From contig JAZOUN010000115.1 of the NCBI GenBank assembly GCA_045658165.1, positions 1,907 through 65,906 of the forward strand: DNA of 64,000 nt. Reading direction: 5' to 3'. Each line of letters starts with the position of its first letter. Positions within the stretch are counted from its first letter, which is position 1. A program made the translations under genes and the position numbers. Positions 1 to 4,831 of the stretch are shown here, one piece after another. The stretch comes from Acutalibacteraceae bacterium. Lineage in GTDB: Bacteria; Bacillota; Clostridia; Oscillospirales; Acutalibacteraceae. A model generated the notes under the pieces. The model had not been told where the DNA came from. It worked only from the letters and a program-made list of their open reading frames with translations, and did no database searches.

Positions 1-96
1 CTTCATTTCAGGCGGTATTGTAATATTCTTTGCTTTCCAATATGGGATAGATAGAGTTCCGCAAGGGTTATTCAAATATTCGGTAAGTGTAATCAT
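1..96 (-). CDS. hypothetical protein, N-terminal part only (gene runs off the left edge)
   Basis: Read by hand because it is below the ORF-track cutoff. ATG at 96..94 on the - strand is preceded by a GGAGC Shine-Dalgarno (+ strand gctcc, 101-105). ATGA start/stop overlap with the upstream HIT gene. Visible peptide is MITLTEYLNNPCGTLSIPYWKAKNITIPPEMK. Confidence 0.4.
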   Translation of the reverse strand, partial: MITLTEYLNNPCGTLSIPYWKAKNITIPPEMK

Positions 97-566
97 TTTT
101 GCTCCTGATTGAAGAATTGCTTCATATTTTTAAATAATATTTCTCTATCGCCATCTGATAATATTGTTTCTTTTTTATTATCATAGTGATGACCAAACTC
201 TTCGTCAATATAACTATTACCATTTATAATTATAGGTTTTTCGTGCCGAGGTCTTACATGCAGATGTAAGTGTGGATAGGGGTTAGTTGATTTGAAAAAA
301 TCATTCATCAAACAACTCCAATTGCACAAATCAGCTTCTAATACATTTTTAAAACAAGTTTCAATTTTTGCAATGATTTCTTTTAGTTCAATCCATTCCG
401 ACAAGTCGATAGCAGACAGATTTGCACAATGCCGTTTAAGAACTACAACACATCTTCCCAAATAATCTTGTTTATCAGCCAAAAACACATACCAATACAC
501 ACTTTCATATAAGATGCTTTGTTTTTCTGCATCAGTAAAATTGCACCAACAACACTCTTTTGCCAT
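93..566 (-). CDS. HIT (histidine triad) family protein
   Basis: 157-aa ORF with N-terminal CCWC and the histidine-triad signature HLHLHVRPR. Only a 12-nt gap separates it from the GNAT gene upstream. Confidence 0.8.
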   Translation of the reverse strand: MAKECCWCNFTDAEKQSILYESVYWYVFLADKQDYLGRCVVVLKRHCANLSAIDLSEWIELKEIIAKIETCFKNVLEADLCNWSCLMNDFFKSTNPYPHLHLHVRPRHEKPIIINGNSYIDEEFGHHYDNKKETILSDGDREILFKNMKQFFNQEQK

Positions 567-578
567 TTTTACACCTCT

Positions 579-1109
579 TTATAGTGATACTCTGTATCTT
601 TGTGACCATTTTTCGTCTTCATAGAACTCATCCATTAAAATTCCGCCGTTTTTGAGAATAGTTTTAATAGCTGATTTGTTGGACTTATACGGGACAATAT
701 CAACACTTGTCATACCTATGTTCCTGCAAATTTCCAAAGCCAATTCAAGCATTTTTGTTCCAAGCCCTTTACCTCTGTGCCAAGGCACTATTCCTGCATG
801 TAGATGACCTCTGTGTGTATTCTTCTGATTTATTTCAATTGCACCTAATATTTCACCTGTATCATCAACAAAAAAGTATAATGTACAAGGAACACCTGTT
901 GATAACATTGAACCTGTGATTCTGTCATCCTCACACCATTCAAGCCACTTTGAATAGGATACATTTGCACCTAAACTTTTACTGTATCGTCTTAACAATT
1001 CGGGTTGGATGTTTTCCTCTATCGATTCCCATTTGTCCATCATCTCTATGTATTGAAGCTCATGAATTTTATCTGGTATCACAAGTTTATAGTTTTTTGT
1101 ATCTATCAT
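579..1109 (-). CDS. GNAT family N-acetyltransferase
   Basis: 176-aa ORF with the acetyl-CoA binding motif-A region HRGKGLGTKMLELALEICRNIG. SD (aggagga) lies just upstream of the ATG at 1109. Confidence 0.8.
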   Translation of the reverse strand: MIDTKNYKLVIPDKIHELQYIEMMDKWESIEENIQPELLRRYSKSLGANVSYSKWLEWCEDDRITGSMLSTGVPCTLYFFVDDTGEILGAIEINQKNTHRGHLHAGIVPWHRGKGLGTKMLELALEICRNIGMTSVDIVPYKSNKSAIKTILKNGGILMDEFYEDEKWSQRYRVSL

Positions 1110-1465
1110 AATTATCCTCCTGAAAAATAAATATAGGCACCTCCGAAAATCGAAGATGCCTTGTTAATTCAGAAAGATATGTATTACATCAATCACAAAC
1201 GGACAAAACGGCACTTCGATTTCGTAAAATAATAGTCATTGTCATTTTGTCCACCTACCTTTAAGTAATGTTGATATGAGTATAACACTCTATGAAAAAA
1301 ATGTCAATCAAATCTTAATATTTAATAATTATCTTAAGTAATCACATCAAATTAATAAATTATTCTTATATGTGTACCACCTTTATATCATAATTAAAAC
1401 ATCAAAAGTGAAGCTTGGAGTAATTCAACTTCGCTTTTATTTATTTATAAAGGAGAAAAAATTAC

Positions 1466-1711
1466 ATGGACAAAACAATAAGACGCATTAAACTTTCTAC
1501 CACCAAGGATGAACATGGCTCATTCTACTCAATTATTTTCGAAAACAAGTTTGCTTTTGTGCGGTTCTATGATGGACGAACCGGAGCTCAGAGGTATACA
1601 CACCAGAGTTATCCGATGGGTTTTGAAAACCTCGCAGAGATTTTCGCTGAGATTGATGCCTTTGAAGCATTAGACAGCTATTTTCAGGAGGAAGATGAAG
1701 ATGAGGAATAA
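1466..1711 (+). CDS. hypothetical small protein with acidic C-terminal tail
   Basis: 81-aa ORF with a strong SD (AAAGGAG) 9 nt upstream of the ATG. First gene of a tightly packed three-ORF unit. No recognisable motif. Confidence 0.55.
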   Translation: MDKTIRRIKLSTTKDEHGSFYSIIFENKFAFVRFYDGRTGAQRYTHQSYPMGFENLAEIFAEIDAFEALDSYFQEEDEDEE

Positions 1712-1991
1712 TTTTATCGAAGAGCTTTTTCACGGCAACATAGCTCCGCAAAGCCAAAGTATCAGCAAAGATAAGGATTTCAAAACCGCATGGGACAAAC
1801 TGTCAAAAAATGAAGAAATACTTTCAAAGATACTGACAGGCGAAGAGCACAGGCTTTTTCGTGAATATGCAGATGCATTCGGACGAGCATTTACGCTCAA
1901 TGACAAAGAGGCATTTATTCGAGGTTTCAAAATAGGAGCACGAATAATGTTTGATATATTCGACAACCCGGATGAGCTGATGTTTATTTAA
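1701..1991 (+). CDS. hypothetical small protein (resembles the DUF6809-type small helical proteins seen on Clostridial mobile elements; from memory)
   Basis: ORF track gives 1695..1991. The ATG at 1701 has better spacing to the AGGAGG at 1686-1691. It overlaps the end of the preceding ORF, suggesting translational coupling. Confidence 0.5.
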   Translation: MRNNFIEELFHGNIAPQSQSISKDKDFKTAWDKLSKNEEILSKILTGEEHRLFREYADAFGRAFTLNDKEAFIRGFKIGARIMFDIFDNPDELMFI

Positions 1992-2006
1992 AGGAGGATA
2001 AAACAA

Positions 2007-2267
2007 ATGAAGCAGAAACTTATTGATACCAATGTCATTCATACTACAGTTGGTATTTTCCGCAGGGAAATCATTGTTTACGAGTTTAACGGTAAAGGCT
2101 TTGATGTATCAACAGCAATATTCTTCAATGACAAAGAATACAATGATGCTACTGAGCTCTCATGTATACTCGGACCAGAAAAATACAAAAAGTTAAAAAG
2201 TGAAGTCGAAATGTATTCAACAGTGCTTGACAGTTTCATGTCAACATTTTTGAAGAACAACAATTAA
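2007..2267 (+). CDS. hypothetical small protein
   Basis: 86-aa ORF with SD AAAGGAGG 8 nt upstream. It is followed by a terminator-like hairpin. Confidence 0.55.
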   Translation: MKQKLIDTNVIHTTVGIFRREIIVYEFNGKGFDVSTAIFFNDKEYNDATELSCILGPEKYKKLKSEVEMYSTVLDSFMSTFLKNNN

Positions 2268-2274
2268 CAGAAAA

Positions 2275-2303
2275 GACGGCATCAATTACGATGTCGGCTT
2301 TTG
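2275..2303 (+). terminator. intrinsic terminator after the three-ORF unit
   Basis: gacggcatc (2275-2283) pairs with gatgtcggc (2290-2298): 8 of 9 positions including one G-U, with one mismatch. A TTTT run follows. Confidence 0.5.
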
Positions 2304-2379
2304 CTTTACTCATATATCTTTATATATTATTATAACTGTATTGTTAAGCTTTATACATTACACAATATATAAAAAATTT

Positions 2380-2915
2380 TTTAACACCATGTTCTTCACC
2401 GGCGAAGAACCAAGCCATCAAATTGAAGCAAGTTCAATTTGATATTAACTTTAAGTTTATTATGTTAACTGTAAGTTTTTGATTGAAAAATCATATATGC
2501 TGAAGCTGAGGGAGGGAAGTTTGAGCACTTAGGGTAGAAAATCCCCTTGCAACAGGAGATTTTCACCATCCATATGCCGTCGCCTCGGTCGGTCGTCGTC
2601 GCAAGTTGTAGTCCTGAAATCGAGTTTTTTCATACCTCGAATGTTAAGCTTTTCAATATAGTAATATTGAAAGAAGTTTCACCCAGCCCTGACTTATGGC
2701 TTAACATATCCTATTTCTGGGGTTCCGCCCGCACAGTTCCATTTTTTTACATGGTCGGAAACAGACAATCAATCCAATGCGACAATTTCGGTTGACTACA
2801 ACTTATGGAACCTACTTTCGCCGGGTCATTTATTTACAAACAGGGGTGACCAACCGCAGAATATTTTTCGTGTATAACTGCATTTTCACGTCCTTTGCAT
2901 TTCTGCAAAGATTTC
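2380..2915 (+). ncRNA. candidate large structured noncoding RNA (class unassigned; strand and ends tentative)
   Basis: No ORF with an RBS in this span. The core at 2500-2860 is visibly more GC-rich than its AT-rich flanks. Local helices I could verify:
- 2391-2397/2404-2410
- 2417-2427/2433-2443 (11 bp, perfect)
- 2546-2553/2598-2605 (7 of 8)
- 2651-2659/2664-2672 (9 bp, perfect)
- 2893-2899/2904-2910, followed by T-rich sequence

Nested long-range complements: 2679-2684/2844-2849 encloses 2722-2727/2807-2812. Confidence 0.3.
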
Positions 2916-3090
2916 CTTATTAAGTTGACAATGCAATTATGAAAGGTGGACTCAGAAAAAGTTTTCTATAATAATTTTTTTGAAAAAATTTTTAGTTTTT
3001 TTTGACTGACTGTCATAATTAAATCGTGATAAAGAAAATATGGAGTTTTTTATCACTCGTCCTTATTATAGTTGGTGTTTTTTTCAAAGA

Positions 3091-3121
3091 AGCCGTTCTC
3101 TGCGTGGGAACGGCTTTTTTG
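3091..3121 (+). terminator. intrinsic terminator T1
   Basis: agccgttc (3091-3098) pairs with gaacggct (3108-3115). T6 follows. Confidence 0.65.
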
Positions 3122-3268
3122 TTGCTTGTTTTTTCAGTTACATGCAGATTTCTCATATAAAAAAACTGAAATTTTCTTTTATTGTGTTATTCAAAAATCA
3201 TAATTGTTTTAGCGTTTCTCGATATTTTGGAATTTTTAAACTCTCCGTTTCTATGTTTGTTATGCGAA

Positions 3269-3305
3269 ACAGTCCTTTCTGAAAAGAGAGGGCTGTTTTT
3301 CTTTT
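3269..3305 (+). terminator. intrinsic terminator T2
   Basis: 12-bp stem 3269-3280/3285-3296 (2 G-U pairs) with a GAAA loop. T5 follows. Confidence 0.65.
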
Positions 3306-3408
3306 ATCTTGTTATGTATCAATCATAATTATTTCATAGCATCGATATATTGGAATTCTCCTGTTTGTATCCGTTTTGTTTTGTTTTCGGATACATCACA
3401 CCGCAGAA

Positions 3409-3440
3409 ACAGTCCTTTTATTGAAAAGGGCTGTTTTTGC
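3409..3440 (+). terminator. intrinsic terminator T3
   Basis: 11-bp stem 3409-3419/3424-3434 (1 G-U pair) with loop ATTG. T5 follows. Confidence 0.65.
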
Positions 3441-3524
3441 TTTTATGCTGAAATTCAGACTTCATAATTATTTCAGAAAATTGACAATATGGTAATTTTC
3501 AAAATCAATAAAAGGAGTTTTATA

Positions 3525-3932
3525 ATGGACAAAACTGTAAAAGAAATCAAAACAACAATCCCGACTGCATTCGGAAGCATCACTCGAAAGACGACTTATT
3601 ATTCATTCCCCGTTAAGATTGAAGGCGGAGTGTATATCAATGACAGAAGTATGGCTGAAAATAGCTATGTCCTTGATGAAATCACAGACTTGTTGATAAA
3701 TGGTCAGACATCTTCTGAAATTGAAATCGACGATAAGAAAGTGCTCTATGATATTCTTCTTAAGTTTTTTGATGCAGACGGCAGACAGATTCTTCCAAAA
3801 AGAATGGAAGCTCAGTATCTTCGTGAAATTATTCGTTCTGCAATACTTGAAATTGATGTGGATGAATGTCTGGTAGGCAGAAAGGAGACTAAAATTATCA
3901 TGAACCAACAAAAAATTATTAAAAACGAATAA
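3525..3932 (+). CDS. hypothetical protein
   Basis: ORF track gives 3489..3932. The ATG at 3525 follows AAAAGGAG with 7-nt spacing. 135 aa, no recognisable motif. A strong terminator follows. Confidence 0.6.
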   Translation: MDKTVKEIKTTIPTAFGSITRKTTYYSFPVKIEGGVYINDRSMAENSYVLDEITDLLINGQTSSEIEIDDKKVLYDILLKFFDADGRQILPKRMEAQYLREIIRSAILEIDVDECLVGRKETKIIMNQQKIIKNE

Positions 3933-3934
3933 AC

Positions 3935-3976
3935 ATAAAGCACCTATCCGAATTGGAGAGGTGCTTTATGTTTTTC
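3935..3976 (+). terminator. intrinsic terminator
   Basis: 11-bp stem ataaagcacct (3935-3945) / aggtgctttat (3959-3969). gTTTTT follows. Confidence 0.7.
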
Positions 3977-4181
3977 ATCCATTATTTATAAAAAATTCAA
4001 AAAAATTTATAATGCAATAAAAAAAATCAACCATATAATGCTTTTTTTTGCAATAAATGGTTAAAAAAATAATAAAAATTTATACTTGAGTTAACCATAA
4101 AGTTAACCACCAAAGAAAAAACCTATAGTGTTTGTGGAACCTGACGGACTAAACGGACATATATGTTTGTGTAAATATAAC

Positions 4182-4211
4182 AAAAAAGCTTGCCAAATAG
4201 CAAGCTTTTTT
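4182..4211 (-). terminator. terminator downstream of tRNA-Pro (symmetrical A6/T6 flanks)
   Basis: aaaaaaGCTTGCcaaataGCAAGCtttttt, located 9 nt past the tRNA 3' end. Confidence 0.65.
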
Positions 4212-4219
4212 GTTGTAAA

Positions 4220-4295
4220 TGGTCCGAGTGGCGAGACTTGAACTCACGGCCTCTTGACCCCCAGTCAAGCGCGCTCCCAACTGCGCCACACCCGG
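4220..4295 (-). tRNA. tRNA-Pro (anticodon GGG), CCA encoded
   Basis: The reverse complement folds as a 76-nt cloverleaf:
- acceptor CCGGGTG/CACTCGG
- D arm GCGC-AGTTGGGA-GCGC
- anticodon arm CTTGA-CTGGGGG-TCAAG, giving anticodon GGG with G37
- T arm GTGAG-TTCAAGT-CTCGC
- discriminator A plus CCA. Confidence 0.9.
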
Positions 4296-4313
4296 ATGTT
4301 CGGAACGTTCAAT

Positions 4314-4342
4314 ATAATAACACATAATTTCACATTTTGCAA
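4314..4342 (-). promoter_or_regulatory. sigma-A type promoter for tRNA-Pro
   Basis: On the - strand: TTGCAA (4342-4337), 17-nt spacer, TATTAT (4319-4314). The -10 box ends about 18 nt upstream of the mature 5' end. Confidence 0.5.
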
Positions 4343-4389
4343 GTCTTTTTTTACATTTTTTTAATTTTTTTTATTTTTTATTTTTTTTG

Positions 4390-4445
4390 TTGACTTTTTC
4401 ATTCTACACATTGTAGAATATCTATATATTCTACAATGTGTAGAA
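4390..4445 (+). promoter_or_regulatory. promoter overlapped by two BlaI/MecI-type palindromic operators
   Basis: TTGACT (4390-4395), 18-nt spacer, TAGAAT (4414-4419). Operators are TTCTACAcatTGTAGAA (4402-4418) and TTCTACAatgTGTAGAA (4429-4445). Each is a perfect 7-3-7 palindrome with the TACA/TGTA core typical of this repressor family. Confidence 0.65.
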
Positions 4446-4466
4446 CATTTTCGGAGGTGTTTTTTT

Positions 4467-4829
4467 ATGAGTGAAATTCAGATGGGAGCAATTGAATCCA
4501 GATTTGCGGATATTATCTGGCAGAATGAACCCGTTTCAACAACAGATCTTGTCAGAATGAGTGAATCGGCTCTCGGTTGGAAAAAAACAACAGCCTACAC
4601 CGTTCTGAAAAGACTCTGCGATAAAGGAATTTTCAGAAATGACAAAGGGACTGTCACTTCCGTCATTTCAAAAGACGATTTCTATTCTGTTCAGAGCGAA
4701 CAGTTTGTAGACAACACATTCGGAGGCTCATTGCCTGCATTTCTTGCGGCATTCACCAAAAGAAAATCACTCACCCGGGAGGAAGTTGACGAACTTCGCA
4801 GAATGGTTGCCGATTTTGAGGTGGATTGA
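4467..4829 (+). CDS. BlaI/MecI/CopY family transcriptional repressor
   Basis: 120-aa winged-helix protein with SD GGAGGTG upstream. It sits immediately upstream of, and overlaps, an M56 BlaR1-type gene. Confidence 0.85.
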   Translation: MSEIQMGAIESRFADIIWQNEPVSTTDLVRMSESALGWKKTTAYTVLKRLCDKGIFRNDKGTVTSVISKDDFYSVQSEQFVDNTFGGSLPAFLAAFTKRKSLTREEVDELRRMVADFEVD

Positions 4830-4831
4830 AT

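Larger units (their letters stand above)
3010..3480 (+). repeat. tandem related modules, each with a conserved box and an intrinsic terminator
   Basis: TCATAATT box occurs at 3013, 3198, 3323 and 3462. A second shared box, CGATAT(T/A)TTGGAATT, is at 3220-3234 and 3343-3357, with a related GACAATATGGTAATT at 3482-3496. Terminators T2 and T3 and their flanks are clear paralogs: GAAACAGTCCTTT...GGGCTGTTTTT(C/G)CTTTTAT. Confidence 0.6.

Noticed and set aside
2501-2620. Short resemblances to known RNAs: GAAGCUGA...GGGAAGU.. (RNase P 5' end / P4-like) and GGGAAG...GGUAGAAAAUCC..GCAAC (cobalamin riboswitch core-like).
   Set aside because: The diagnostic cores are missing or out of order. There is no GGAAAGUCCGGGC or correctly ordered ACAGAA..GGCUUA for RNase P. 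There is no B12 box (GCCAGGAGACCUGCC-like) and no CCCGCCACUGU for cobalamin. No B12-related gene lies downstream. I treat these as chance similarity.
2547-3282. Track ORFs 2547-2795 (82 aa) and 3040-3282 (80 aa) as protein genes.
   Set aside because: Neither has a Shine-Dalgarno sequence and their composition is odd. The second reads straight through two strong intrinsic terminators (3091-3121 and 3269-3305). Neither resembles any protein family I know.
1-4219. Calling the tRNA-adjacent block a mobile element or genomic island.
   Set aside because: No integrase, recombinase, transposase, relaxase or phage structural gene is visible in the window, and no repeat of the tRNA 3' end. It is reported as a finding only, not as a mobile_element feature.
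4346-4390. T-rich periodic sequence considered as a tandem repeat or CRISPR-like array.
   Set aside because: There is no repeat-spacer structure and the units are only homopolymer T-runs. It is better explained as phased A/T tracts in a divergent promoter region.
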